DNA of 64,000 bases, taken from Octopus sinensis. Taxonomy: Eukaryota. The notes beneath the pieces are model-generated. The model was not told the DNA's origin. It did no database searches and saw nothing but the letters and a program-made list of their open reading frames with translations. The stretch lies in assembly GCF_006345805.1 (NCBI RefSeq), contig NC_043006.1, positions 18,972,001 through 19,036,000 on the forward strand, in the 5' to 3' direction. Both the position numbers and the translations under genes were made by a program. Below are positions 38,549 to 50,680 of the stretch, one piece after another (position 1 is the stretch's first letter; every line of letters starts with the position of its first letter).

Positions 38549-38879
38549 TATTATATATACTTGTTAGTCGTGAAGTTTTTGTTATATATTTATCTGAATA
38601 CTTTCTTTTTATCATACCTAATGCACCCATTATGATAGGAATTGTTTGTTTTTAGATACCACATTTGAGTTACCTTTATTCCATTTTGAATGTTTCTCCA
38701 TTTCTTTTAAAGAAATATTGTCATCTGTTGATATTGATACATCGATTGGAAAGCATTTGTTTTCTTTATAATCCCTGACAACTTTAACCGGTCTTTTGGC
38801 CTTACTTTATCTGTGTGCATTGGCATATCCCATAGAATGATTACTTCTCATTTTCTGTGACATTTTCTGGAGCGTGCTT

Positions 38880-39375
38880 ATACCACGTTTTTTCTGTTGG
38901 TATTCCTTAGTGTTGGCATAGTTTCCAATGTATATAGATCCCAACTCTGTCGTGTCTGTGGCAGCCAGGGACAATATGACTTATTGTTTTTTGTCCATTT
39001 CCACATATTCTGCAGTTACTTGTATTTCTTTTCATTACATATTTTTGGTAATTTCTGGTGGGAGGATTTGGTGATGTGCTGCAATTAAAAATCCTTCAGT
39101 TTCTGTTTTGAGTCCTGCATTTTTGGGATTTTGCTTTGTCTATTTCCTTTCTGTTCACTTTAACCCAGTATTTATCATGAAGGGGTTTTTCTTGCTACAT
39201 CAATGGTTTGAATACATCAATAAGCTGAGAGTATTTGTCTCTCTTATTCAATACTAGCAGTATAACCCGCCCTTGTCCGGGATTAAGTTACGATTATTAA
39301 GCTAATCAAGTTCTTTATTTCAAACCAAACTAAGTAATATAAACGTCAAATTTGGGCGAAATCCGTTGAAATTAG

Positions 39376-39451
<76 letters not shown>

Positions 39452-40500
39452 ATATAAATATATATGGGTAACCGATACGAACACACATACACACACGTAC
39501 TACGTACACCTATTGCATGTTTTATGCTCGCATACATGTTCATAAACAGAAGTGAATGGACAAAAATGTTGTTAAATTTGTAGATTAACACTCGCACGAT
39601 TTTTACTAAAGTATATATACTATTATTATAAAATATGTCTTTCAAAAACAAAAACAAAACATTTTACATTCTATTTTTTATGAACGCCATAACTTACTCT
39701 ATCTCCCTCTCTCACTTTGTCTTTCCCGTGAAACTCTCTGCCTCTTTCTTCCACTTTTCTTTATCTTATTTTTTTTTGTTAGACGCTGGCAAAAAAGCCA
39801 AGGCTGACATTTTTCGTGGCTAAAAGCTATGTCTGAAAATAGATACTTACGCTACCCACGGGTGCCTCGGGGAAAAAATAAGTTGTCAAAACCCAGATAG
39901 GGTGCTGAAAAATGTCCTCCTAAAATTTGAGCGACATGCGTGCTAATTTGTGGACGTGCATGAATTACAATCACGTACACACACGCACACACCCACCCAC
40001 ACACATCCTCCCTTTTATAGATATGATGACAATATCCGGCCGACGGTGTTCGATTGCACGATCCGTCTTAAAATCTTAGTCTCTGAGTATCGTTACTTTT
40101 CCATCCTCCTGCATAGCCTTCTTGGCACATGCTTATGCCAGTTCTATGTTACTTCATATTGGTATTTACGGCATAAGAGCCAATGAAAATACACACATAC
40201 ACACTTTATCGGAGCGGCGCTTATATTCTTTTTGTGCAAGGCTCTCACATCCGCTTGCCAAGTGGGTCACATTTTCCACACTCTTTCCACTGAGTTATAC
40301 TTCACTGAATTGGTAGTGAAAGCCTGGTTTCGTGCAGCAAGGGTTAGGCTTTCTGTTGTACGCTTCAAATCACCTAGCTCGTGCCATGCCCACGATGCTA
40401 TATTATCCTTAGCGTCTTGTGTATTCCTTTCCTACTATCCATGCATTCTCATCTCAAGAGGGTCTTTTCTTCTCTTCTCAACTCTTTCGTTAAACTCTTC
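38880..40500 (-). mobile_element. R4/Dong-like LINE fragment split by a Helitron
   Basis: 40027-40490 parallels 33470-33960; sequence left of 39254 continues the same element. Confidence 0.75.
39254..40026 (-). mobile_element. Non-autonomous Helitron (family H2)
   Basis: Minus strand: A|TCATATCTATAAAAGGG...CCCGGACAAGGGCGGG TTATACTGCTAG|T. Removing it restores CAATA|TGACAAT as seen at 33466-33477. Confidence 0.85.
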
Positions 40501-40538
40501 CTTGCCCATAGTATTATTATTATTATTATTATTATTAT

Positions 40539-41070
40539 TGAGTGAGAGAGCAGTGCATGCCATCAAAGTGACACTGGGGTAAAATATAGAAAGCCCAATA
40601 TACCCATCATGACTACCCGTCTGATAAGGGTACACCAGGCACATGCATCACAACCATATGTGCGCGACATGGTGATCTCATATCAAGATAAATTATTATT
40701 ATTATATTATTATTATTATTATTATTATTGAGTGAGAGAGCAGTGCATGCCATCAAAGTGACACTGGGGTAAAATATAGAAAGCCCAATATACCCATCAT
40801 GACTACCCGTCTGATAAGGGTACACCAGGCACATGCATCACAACCATATGTGCGCGACATGGTGATCTCATATCAAGATAAATTATTATTATTATTATTA
40901 TTATTATTATTGGGTGAGAGAGCAGTGCATGCCATTAAAGTGACACTGGGGTAGAAATATATGCAGCGCGATATACCCAACATGACTATCCGTCTGATAA
41001 CTGTACATCAGACACATACATCACAAACATATGAGCGCAATATAGTGATCTCATGTCAAGATAAATAACG
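40539..41070. repeat. Three tandem ~150-bp units separated by (ATT)n
   Basis: Units start at ~40539, 40729 and 40911. The first two look identical and end at the same base; the third is diverged and continues into a longer element. Confidence 0.9.
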
Positions 41071-41085
41071 CATGATCTTGCAGGT

Positions 41086-41312
41086 TGGCGATCTGGCAGA
41101 AACGTTAGCACGCCGGGCGAAACGCTTAGCGGTATTTCGTCTGCGTTACGTTGTGAGTTCAAATTCCGGCGAGGTCAACTTTGCCTTTCATCCTTTCGGG
41201 GTCGATAAATTAAGTACCAGTTACGCACTGCGGTCGATGTAATCGACTTAATATCTATGTCTGTCCTTGTTTGTCCGCTCTGTGTTAGCCCCTTGTGGGT
41301 AATAAAGAAATA
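41086..41312 (+). mobile_element. tRNA-derived SINE family B
   Basis: GGCGATCTGGCAGAAACGTTAGC...GAGTTCAAATTCC...AATAAAGAAATAGG; short AGGTT duplication. Confidence 0.9.
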
Positions 41313-41508
41313 GGTTGGCCCAGGTAAAACTTTCTTCAGGCCGAGAGGCCTTCTCCGTTCGAAAGGTCTCTGAGTAAGAGTTATTTAAGCATGGTGAACG
41401 AAAACTTTTGTTTCAATGGATGAATCATTCAAACTGTAAAGAATCCCTATCAACACATAGCTATGATGCTTCCCCATTACTCCTGCGGGAGATCACAGAT
41501 GCACATAC

Positions 41509-41920
41509 CTATTTCTTTATTACCCACAAGGGGCTAAACACAGAGGGGACAAACAAGGACAGACATAGGTATTAAGTCGAATACATCGATCCCAGTGCGT
41601 AACTGGTACTTAATTTATCGACCCCGAAAAGATGAAAGGCAAAGTCGACCTCGCCGGAATTATTTGAACTCACAACGTAACGCAAACGAAATACCTATTT
41701 CTTTACTACCCACAAGGGGCTAAACACAGAGAGGACAAACAAGGACAGACAAACGGATTAAGTCGATTACATCGACCCCAGTGCGTAACTGGTACTTAAT
41801 TTATCGACCCCGAAAAGATGAAAGGCAAAGTCGACCTCGCCGGAATTTGAACTCACAACGTAACGCAGACGAAATACCGCTAAGCATTTCGCCCGGTGTG
41901 CTAACGTTTCTGCCAACTCG
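41509..41920 (-). mobile_element. SINE family B with internal ~185-bp tandem duplication
   Basis: 41510-41692 is repeated at 41695-41875; 14-bp TSD. Confidence 0.9.
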
Positions 41921-42569
41921 CAGATGCACATACCGTCAGCCACTACGGAACAAGAGCAAATGGTTAAAGCTGAGTAGCAGACAAGGAAATGTTTGGTATT
42001 GAGCAGAATATTTACTGAAGCCCATCTTATACACAGTGCATGCATATGATAACATTTCGAATCAGTTAAAATCAGAAAATATGATAGTCACTTCCTGGTA
42101 CTGCATCAGAGTATTTCTTCTTATTATTATTACTTTTGTTGATTTTATAGTAGTTGTTATTGCTGTTGTTATGTTGCAGAAATATGATCGACCAGGAGCA
42201 AGAAAGAGAAAATTAGGAAAGAAGCAGATATAGAACGATAACATTTCCTTTGTTTGTTTCTTTACTGGTTTCACTCGTGGGACTGAAGCGAAGCTGAACC
42301 AATGCATTCGCAGTCATATCGACCCTAGTTTATCTCCGTCTGGTAGACTTTTCATTTTTCCATAGTAAGGCAATCGATAATTTATGCTGTTTAACACAAC
42401 ACGGTTTGCAATTATCTAAATGATCCCTGCTTTCTATATGTAGAGGTACAACTCAAATGAATGGGCGCTCACACACTTACGAGCTCACACTTATATAGAC
42501 ATACACATATATGTATGTAGGTATACATACATACATACATACATACATACATACATACATACATACAAA

Positions 42570-42802
42570 GGCGGCGAGCTGGCAGAAACGTTAGCACGCC
42601 GGGCGAAGTGCGTAGACGTATTTCGTCTGGCGTTACGTTCTGAGTTCAAATTCCGCCGAGGTTGACTTTGCCTTTCATCCTTTCGGGGTCGATTAAATAA
42701 GTACCAGTTACGCACTGGGGTCGATGTAATCGACTTAATCCGTGTGTCTGTCTTTGTTTGTCCTCTCTGTGTTTAGCTCCTTGTGGGCAGTAAAGAAATA
42801 GG
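42570..42802 (+). mobile_element. SINE family B, full length
   Basis: GGCGGCGAGCTGGCAGAAACG...; flanked by (CATA)n-type sequence. Confidence 0.9.
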
Positions 42803-42849
42803 TATACATACATACATACGCACACATTTGTATATGCATACAAGGTCTG

Positions 42850-43660
42850 ATCAATAGGTATTCGAACTGTTGGCATAGTAACGAAGCTAAAGCCCGCAGA
42901 TAAAAGCTGCTTGGCACAGATTGACCTTAAACTTTGCTGTGCATGCGCATTAAATTTTAATGTTCGAGCTTACGTCGCTGTTTACAGCAGGGCTTGGAAG
43001 GGATGTATGTACCGTGTTACCGTGGCATTGACATGACTGAGAAAGTTGTTGCGATACCTACTCAGAAGCCTTTGCAAAGTTGCAGAAAGTGTATGGGGAG
43101 GAGCGTATGGGCCACACATACGTGTAAAAGTGTTTCAGATGTTTCCAAGATGGCCAAAAAATGTCGATATATACGCACGTTTCTGGGAGACTCGTAACCA
43201 GCAGAACTGAGAAAAACATCGCAGATGTGCGTGCAGCTGTGAGAGAAAATGGTCGAATTACCTTCCGTGAATTATCAGAGGGGGATGTGCAGATTATTTA
43301 CGGTTCAGTTCAGTCCGTTATCACTGAAGATTTGGGTATGAGATGCGTGTCTGCCAAGTTTGTGCCAAAACTGATTTCAGTTGATAAAAAAGTACATTCG
43401 GGTTTCAGTTGCACAAGATCTTCTTGATTGTGTCGAGAACGATAAAAACCTTTTGAAAAGTTTGCGTAGACATCTGAGCAGGTATCGCCAAACATTTGGC
43501 AAAATTTGATGCAGATTCTCTGCCCAACTTTCTCTGTCATGGTCAATGCGGCGATTACACGCTACACACCTTCCTTCCAAGTACTGCTGTAAACATCTGA
43601 AGTGAGCTAGAACGTTAAAACTTAGTGCGCATGCACAACAGAGCTCAAGGTCAATCTGTG
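42850..43660. mobile_element. Mariner derivative made of two inverted 5' halves
   Basis: Plus: N-terminal transposase (VRENGRITFREL...LGMRCVSAKFVPKLIS). Minus: MTEKVGQRICIKFC. ~42912-43050 is the reverse complement of ~43525-43653. Confidence 0.75.
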
Positions 43661-43859
43661 CCCAGTGACTTCACTTTGCGTACTTTGAATTCGTTACTAT
43701 GGCAACGGTCGGGATATGTATTGATCAGACCACTTTATACGTAGACACATTATATATTAAATTCACAAATGCACACATAAGTGCGTGTATGAGTTTTTGT
43801 GTATTTGAATATAATTTGGAATGTTTATTTGTGTTAGCATCATTTATATACAGTTACTT

Positions 43860-44010
43860 TACTTTTACTTACATTTACTTTTACTCGTTTCAGTCATTTG
43901 ACTGCGGCCATGCTGGAGCACCGCCTTTAATCGAGTAACTCGACCCCAGGACTTATTCTTTTGTAAGCCCAGTACTTATTCTATCGGTCTCTTTTGCCGA
44001 ACCGCTAAGT
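43860..44010 (-). mobile_element. SINE family A, 3' half
   Basis: TTTCAGTCATTTGACTGCGGCCATGCTGGAGCACCGCC...AACCGCTAAG. Confidence 0.85.
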
Positions 44011-44525
44011 TGTATATATTATTTATGTATATAGTCCTTTTTGCTGTTTTTAAGGCCCCTTGTTTGTGTGTGAGCACAAGATGCATTGCTGTTATGGCAA
44101 AAACTAATTATCCTCGTATTTTGTTCTAATGTCACAGAGAGAATCGAGAATAGAACTCCAGACATCAGCTTGTTGGAATCTGTTGTCGCAGAGTAGTTGC
44201 AGAAAACAAAATGATACAGGAGATTTTGTTTATTACTGAGTAATACCATCTTATGCCTGTTTTATTAAGAAAAAAGAAATGAATTTTAGTTATATAATGT
44301 AAATAGGAAACCGAATTTGTCAAAGTTTTAGAAATGCGTCGCTTTCATTCGTGGCATTACTGGATTAGAGATAGTGTTGCCTTCTCCAGATTATCAGGTT
44401 ACTCATCTCTGAAGATGTGACAATGCAATTTAGATATATTTTAGATTACAGGACTATTATCATTCTTGTTAATGAAATTCGTACATTATATTTTCCTATC
44501 TATCTATCTATCTTTATACATCATG

Positions 44526-44609
<84 letters not shown>

Positions 44610-44633
44610 TATACACTATATATATATAATATA

Positions 44634-44661
<28 letters not shown>

Positions 44662-44667
<6 letters not shown>

Positions 44668-44975
44668 TAGAGAAAAACCACTATTATGTAAGTCAAACAA
44701 TGATAGACATAGACCAAATCATATAGAAAAAATTAAATATATTGTAAAACATGACCAGGTCACAAAAAGTACAACAAATGAATAAACAATATATACTAAG
44801 TATATAATAAGTAATAAGTTAATATAATAAGTAATAAGTAATATTGTTTATTCATTTTCTTGTACTTTTTGTGATCTAGTCATATGTTTTATAATATATT
44901 TTATTTTTTCTATATGATTTGGTTTATGTCTATCATTGTTTGAATTACATAATAGTGTTTTTTCTTTAATTTATA
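44662..44975. repeat. ~310-bp fold-back in (TA)n, related to the 24120 and 48390 termini
   Basis: 44662-44792 is inverted relative to 44841-44975; TTAGAGAAAAACCACTATT resembles TTTGAGACAAAACCACTATT. Confidence 0.8.
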
Positions 44976-44986
44976 TCTATATATAG

Positions 44987-46933
44987 AAGACATAAAATCT
45001 AACCCCAGAGCTTTCTACAGGTATGCCAAAGAAACAGCTACAGTGCACTATAGAATAGGGCCACTCCTCGAAAAGGATGGCACACTTACAGGAAAACCAA
45101 TGAGGGTAAGTGAAATACTGAATGAGCAATTCAAGAGTGTTTTCACTCCACCCCTTGGGCATTTCCAAATCACCAATCCAACTGACTTTTTTACCACTGC
45201 AGATATAAAATCAGAGGCGGCGACGATAGATTACATCGATATAAAGGAAGACGATGTAACCAAGGCTATAGATGAAATGAAAAAACAGACTCAGCTACTG
45301 GCCCCGATGGATTCCCGGCAATCCTCCTAAAAGCATGTAAGAGAGTCCTAGCAAGACCACTGCAGTTCCTCTTTCAGAGCTTCCTTGCAGCTGGCAAACT
45401 TCCAGGAAAACTGAAGGAAGGTAAATAATGCCCCATTCATAAAGGAGGTAGCAGAGCGGAAGCCAAGAACTATAGACCTATCTCTCTGACCTCACACATC
45501 AGCAAGGTCATGGAACGAATAGTCAGAAGGAAGCTGATTACCTTCCTTGAAGAGAATGACTTGCTGCCCGACACCCAACATGGTTTCCGACCAGGGAGAA
45601 GCTGTTTAACTCAGCTCCTACAACATTATGACTGGGTGCTGAAACGGCTGCTCAACCACTCAAATGTGGAAGTGATATATCTCGACTTTGCAAAGGCCTT
45701 TGATAAAGTCGATCATGGAATGATATGTCACAAACTGCGTGATCTCAACATAGTTGGAAAACTGGGAGAATGGCTTCATGACTTTCTGAAGGATAGAAGT
45801 CAGGTGGTAGTAGCCAATGGGCCACCTCCATTAACACACAAATAGTGAGCGGTGTTCCGCAGGGCACTGTTCTGGGACCACTACTGTTCATAATGGCCCT
45901 CTCAGACATGCCCTCAGCCACGCAGAGAGCCACGATCACAAGTTATGCAGATGATACAAAGTTTCACTGGCAATACAGAACCCTGAGGACATTAAAAACA
46001 CTGCAATGTGAGCTGGACGAAATATACAAGTGGGCTGAAAAGAATAGCATGCGCAGTTCAATGCTGGAAAGTTTCAAGCTTTATACTATCAGCATGCAAA
46101 ACTGAATGCAATACCCAATGAATACACTGGACCCGAGGGATTGCAATCCCAGAGGCACAATCAGTGCGTGACCTGGGTATTCACATGAGTGATGACGCGA
46201 CCTTTCATGTACATGTTGCTAAACTGACAAGAAATGTAGACGGCTGGCTGGATGGATTCTTAGAACCTTTAGAACAAGAGAACAAGAAACCATGATGGTC
46301 CTCTGGAAGACACTTGTCCTAAGCCACTTTGACTATTGCTCTCAGCTATGGTCACCATCCAGTGTCAAGTGGATCACAGAACTTGAGGCGATCCAACGAA
46401 GCTACACGAAGAAGATAGCCTCTATGCAGAATGTAAGCTACTGGGAAAGACTCAAGAAATTAAAATTATATTCCCTGGAGCGTAGGCGGGAAAGATATGC
46501 CATATATACATCTGGAAGATCCTGGAGGTGTTGAATCGAGAGTTACGCAAATGCCAGAACTGGGCGCCACTGCGTGGTGCCTAGGACTCCAAACCTGCCA
46601 TCAAGATGTAGGACAAGATTCTGTGATAGCCTGGGCTTCCAAGGCCCACAGCTCTTCAATATCCTCCTGAAGAACCTGAGAGACCTGCATGGGGTGGATA
46701 CAGATGTCTTTAAAATGAAGCTGGATCTCTTCCTGTCAGGTGTCCCAGATGAACCAACTTCACGGCAGGAGGGGCAGATGAGGGCAGCTGCATCGAACTC
46801 TCTCATGCACCAAATAGCAGTTGCTAGAAAGCCCCCATGAAGTGAAACCAAGTAGCAACACCAAATGGCGGTGCCCCAGCATGGCCACAGCTCATAAGCT
46901 GAAACTAGAATCAATCAATCAATCATCAATCAA
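44987..46933 (+). mobile_element. 5'-truncated CR1-type LINE (RT domain, frameshifted) with (AATC)n tail
   Basis: KSNPRAFYRY...IGPL; QHGFRPGRSCLTQLL; IYLDFAKAFDKVDH; SGVPQGTVLGPLLF; YADDTK; LEAIQRSYTK; LYSLERRRER. Confidence 0.95.
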
Positions 46934-47459
46934 TCATATAAAACTGTAGTTGTGTGAGAGTCTGTCCCCTTCGATTTAGATTCCTAACTACTCCCACATT
47001 TTGCGGTGCATTTTAACCAAATTCGGGTATCTTATAGTCGTGATTCAGATCGAGCCCATCTGGCTATTAGCGCGCGTCTACAATGAGTCTATGATTTTAA
47101 AAATAATTTAACATAATTTTTATTCCATTTTAATGCATAATTTTTCGTGTGTCGATGGCGGCGGAGTTGGCGTCCACGCTCACGCCTGCACCTGTTTGCT
47201 TCTCCCCCTTCTTCCCTCCCTCGTGAAGCTGTGGGGAAGGGAGTGTAAGGAAATCAACGTCGTAAAGCGTTGTCAAGGAGACCAGCGTTCTTTTAGAACA
47301 ACGACTTCATGGCTTGAAGACACTGAGTCAACGATTTAAAAAAAAAATTATCATCAGTTTTTATTCCATTTTTAATGCATTTTTTTGCTATAACTCTCTA
47401 AAAATGCTTATATAGTTATTTCTCTTACAAACCCGAGCAACGCCGGGCGATACTGCTAG
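46934..47459 (+). mobile_element. Non-autonomous Helitron (family H1) inserted at the CR1 tail
   Basis: Near copy of 29013-29525; hairpin plus CTAG|T end. Confidence 0.85.
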
Positions 47460-47540
47460 TATATTATATATTTATATTGTGAAATTTGATTTAATACTAA
47501 ATTGAAATTTTGCCGGAAACTTTGGAGCTATACTCCCTAA

Positions 47541-47607
<67 letters not shown>

Positions 47608-47624
47608 CATTTACATATATGCTT

Positions 47625-48237
47625 ATGTCATGTGGTTAGAGTTCTCTCACTCATCTTTCTTGCTTCATTCCCAAGCATGTCATTTTTATAGAGAACATAT
47701 TTCTCGTCGTCACCAATCGCTGTTCGGTCCCAAAAGGGTTCATTCGTGAGACGTGACAGCAAAGAGCACACGGTCACTCTCTGCGCGCAATTAGACTCGG
47801 ATATTTGGGAGGAACCCATTGACCAAATTTGCTGGTTCTTCCGATGGCACACAACTGTGGATTAATGGTTGAATGACTAAATCCAAGCACCTTCCTGAAC
47901 AGTCACGCTGGGATCTTGTTCCACTGATCCACCAGGGTTTCCAAGACATCCTTGTTGGGCTCTAATATTCCCCACACTTTCCGTTGCGTTGTTGCCTTTA
48001 TTGAACTCATAAAGCAACATATGTCGAATATGCTTCATTGTCACTTTCATTATAACTTTTACAAAATAACTGTTAAAATCGAACTGCTCTCATCAAAACC
48101 TGCACTAAGAATAAGGGGAACGTAAAATTACTATCTGCTTTTATAACAAGCTGATGCTGGTAGTTTATCACGTCCCCTCCGACTCTTAGTTCATGCAATT
48201 GGAAAGCCAGATTATTTATGGAACGACCCAATATATA
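47625..48237 (-). mobile_element. Mariner transposon 5' part, decayed
   Basis: Minus: WVP..., RVTVCSLLSRLTNEPFWDRTAIGDDEKYVLYKN; TIR-like TATTGGGTCGTTCCATAAATAA. Confidence 0.8.
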
Positions 48238-48309
48238 CTATTCAAAGTAATGGTATGACAACAAAAGAATGAATGAGAACTCGATATTATGTAAATAGAG
48301 GAATTTATC

Positions 48310-48385
<76 letters not shown>

Positions 48386-48389
48386 ATAA

Positions 48390-48745
48390 TAAAATATTAG
48401 GGAATAAATCCAAACTTACAGGGAAAAATCAGTTTTAGGATTGAATCCAATTTTATAGTAAAATATTATATTATATTAAATTAGAGATAAAACCATTATT
48501 AGGCAAATTAAACAATGAAAAAAAACTTAAGCCAATACATAAAATTAATTATTTATATTATTCTAAATATATATCAAAAGTATTAAAAGTTTAATAAAAG
48601 ATAATTATCTTTTATTAAACTTTTAATACTTTTGATATATATTTAGAATAATTAAATTAATTAATTTTATTGTATTGGCTTAAGTTTTTCATTGTTTGAT
48701 TTGCCTAATAGTGGTTTATTCTCTAATTAATATAATATATTATGT
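48390..48745. repeat. Spacerless AT-rich palindrome centred at ~48604 plus a unique 5' extension shared with 24035-24125
   Basis: ...TATTAAAAGTTTAATAAAAGATAAT|TATCTTTTATTAAACTTTTAATA... with ~135-bp arms. Extension AATATTAGGGAATA.ATCCAAA.TTACAGGGAAAA also at 24041. Confidence 0.85.
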
Positions 48746-48758
48746 ATGTATGTATGTG

Positions 48759-48805
<47 letters not shown>

Positions 48806-48814
48806 ATATATATC

Positions 48815-48848
<34 letters not shown>

Positions 48849-49047
48849 ATACATATTATATAAATAATTATACATATATACGTAAGCAAAATTTAGATTC
48901 AGTAGGGTATTTAAATATCACTTGCTATAATCGGAGCCATCGCCCCAAAACCATCAGTGACTCATTATCAATTTACACACGGGCAGTGTAATGAACATAG
49001 GAGAAAAAGGCTTACCTTGTATGAAATACGTAAGTAAGGAATGTATA

Positions 49048-49109
49048 TTCCAAAATCAATTGATTTCACCTTCTGTATGACAAATATACTCTGGGATCGT
49101 CAGCTGGAA
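49048..49109 (-). ncRNA. Type-I hammerhead, copy 1
   Basis: TTCCAG-CTGACGA-t CC...GTAT/ATAC...GG t-GAAA-TC AATT GA-TT-TTGGAA. Palindrome ATCAATTGAT; AUU triplet. Confidence 0.7.
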
Positions 49110-49509
49110 ATAACATTTTAATATCTACTATGCTCTAGGACCGTCAGTTGAAATTAAGATTTTCAACATCTATTTCTGAAATATTCATCGCATTACCTCG
49201 TGTGCGATCTTTACTTTAAACGTCCTCACGGCATTTAAAACAAAATTATCGTGAGCCAATATAAATTTAAATAAAGAATTATTATTGCCGTTATTAATGA
49301 TAATAATAAGCTGGCTAAACGTTTACAACATTATATGCAAAATATCAAATAAATTTAGATTGAGTATGGCATTTAAATACCACTTGCAATAATCGGAATA
49401 ATCTCTCCAAAACTACCAGTAACTCACTATTAAGATGCACACGGGCAATGCAATGAACATAGGAGAAACAGTCTTACCTTGCGTGGAATACATAAGTAAG
49501 GAATGTATA

Positions 49510-49571
49510 TTTCAACGTCAATTGATATCACCCTCTGTATGACAAACATACTCTGGGATCGTCAGTTGAAA
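49510..49571 (-). ncRNA. Type-I hammerhead, copy 2, core-mutated
   Basis: TTTCAA-CTGACGA-t CCC agag TATG tttgt CATA caga GGG t-GATA-TCAATTGA-CG-TTGAAA. Stems perfect, but A14, U16.1 and H17 are altered. Confidence 0.65.
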
Positions 49572-50167
49572 ATAATATTTTTAACATCTATTTTTTTTCT
49601 ATTTTATCTACTTTCAGCTCACGAGCTGTGGCCATGCTGGGGCACGACATTATATTATATATATATATATATAATATATATATATATATATAGATATATA
49701 TATTATATATATATATACATATATATATACCGCCATATATATATATATATTATATTATTGACAATATATATATATATATATAATGGTGTCCTTGTCGAGC
49801 CATGCCTGGCTCATAAAGACCGGTTTCCCGGTTTCCTTGGCGTATAGGTTCCCCACCTGGACGGTGAGCTGCAGGGTGCTGGAGGAAAGAGTGAGAGAAA
49901 GTTGTGGCGAAAGAGTCAGCAGAAGTTCGCCATTACCTTCTGTCGGAGCACCTACATATGTTTCTGCAGAAATTTCTGCTTCTTAGTATATTTTGGGGCT
50001 AGTTGCTGCAGTATCGATGTAAAGATCTACTGATGATGGTAAAATAGACTAACTGGTTTTTTCTATACTCATGGAGTTTAACCAGCGAGCGTCATTAACC
50101 GGTAAAAGGGAATACGGTACCCGCTAGTATTCTATATCCCTACCAACCTGATTTGGAAATTTACATA

Positions 50168-50225
<58 letters not shown>

Positions 50226-50228
<3 letters not shown>

Positions 50229-50625
50229 CGTTGAGAGTGGATTGGTGTGGTAAGTAGCTTGCTTATGAACCACATGCTTCCGGTTCAGTCCTACTGCGTG
50301 GCACCTTGGGCAAGTGCCTTCTACTATAGCCTCGCGCCGACCAAAGCCTTGTGAGTGGATTTGGTAGACGGAAACTGAAAGAAGCTCGTCGTATATATGT
50401 ATATATATACAAGTGTTTGAGTGTCTGTGCTTGTTCCCCCAACATCGCTTGACAACCGATGCTGGTGTGTTTACGTTCCCGTAACTTAGCGGTTCGGCAA
50501 AAGAGACCGATAGAATAAGTACTGGGCTTACAAAGAATAATTCCTGGGGTTGATTTGCTCGACTAAGGGCGGTGTCCCAGCATGGCCACAGTCAAAAAAA
50601 CTGAAACAAGTAAAAAAGTAAAAGA
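50226..50625 (+). mobile_element. SINE family A, full length
   Basis: Aligns with 10209-10623. Confidence 0.9.
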
Positions 50626-50647
50626 GTAAAGAGTATATATATATATA

Positions 50648-50680
<33 letters not shown>

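Larger units (their letters stand above)
40911..42125. mobile_element. Non-autonomous element bounded by (ATT)n, carrying two nested SINE B insertions
   Basis: Continuity across the SINEs: GCAGGTT|GGCC, and TSD CAGATGCACATACC at ~41496 and ~41921. Confidence 0.55.
48880..49605 (-). mobile_element. Tandem hammerhead-containing repeat (retrozyme/PLE pseudo-LTR-like), 462-nt period
   Basis: 48885-49125 is repeated, diverged, at 49348-49590; one hammerhead per unit. Confidence 0.7.

Noticed and set aside
40539-40690. Possible HDV-like or twister ribozyme in the triplicated unit
   Set aside because: Neither nested pseudoknot could be fitted by eye; needs a covariance-model search.
40511-41070. 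CRISPR-like repeat/spacer appearance
   Set aside because: Repeats are ~150 bp, spacers are (ATT)n, there are no cas genes, and the context is eukaryotic.
50024-50100. CTGATGA-TGGT...ACCA-GCGAGCGTC
   Set aside because: GAAA is corrupted and there is no stem I; cannot be told from chance.
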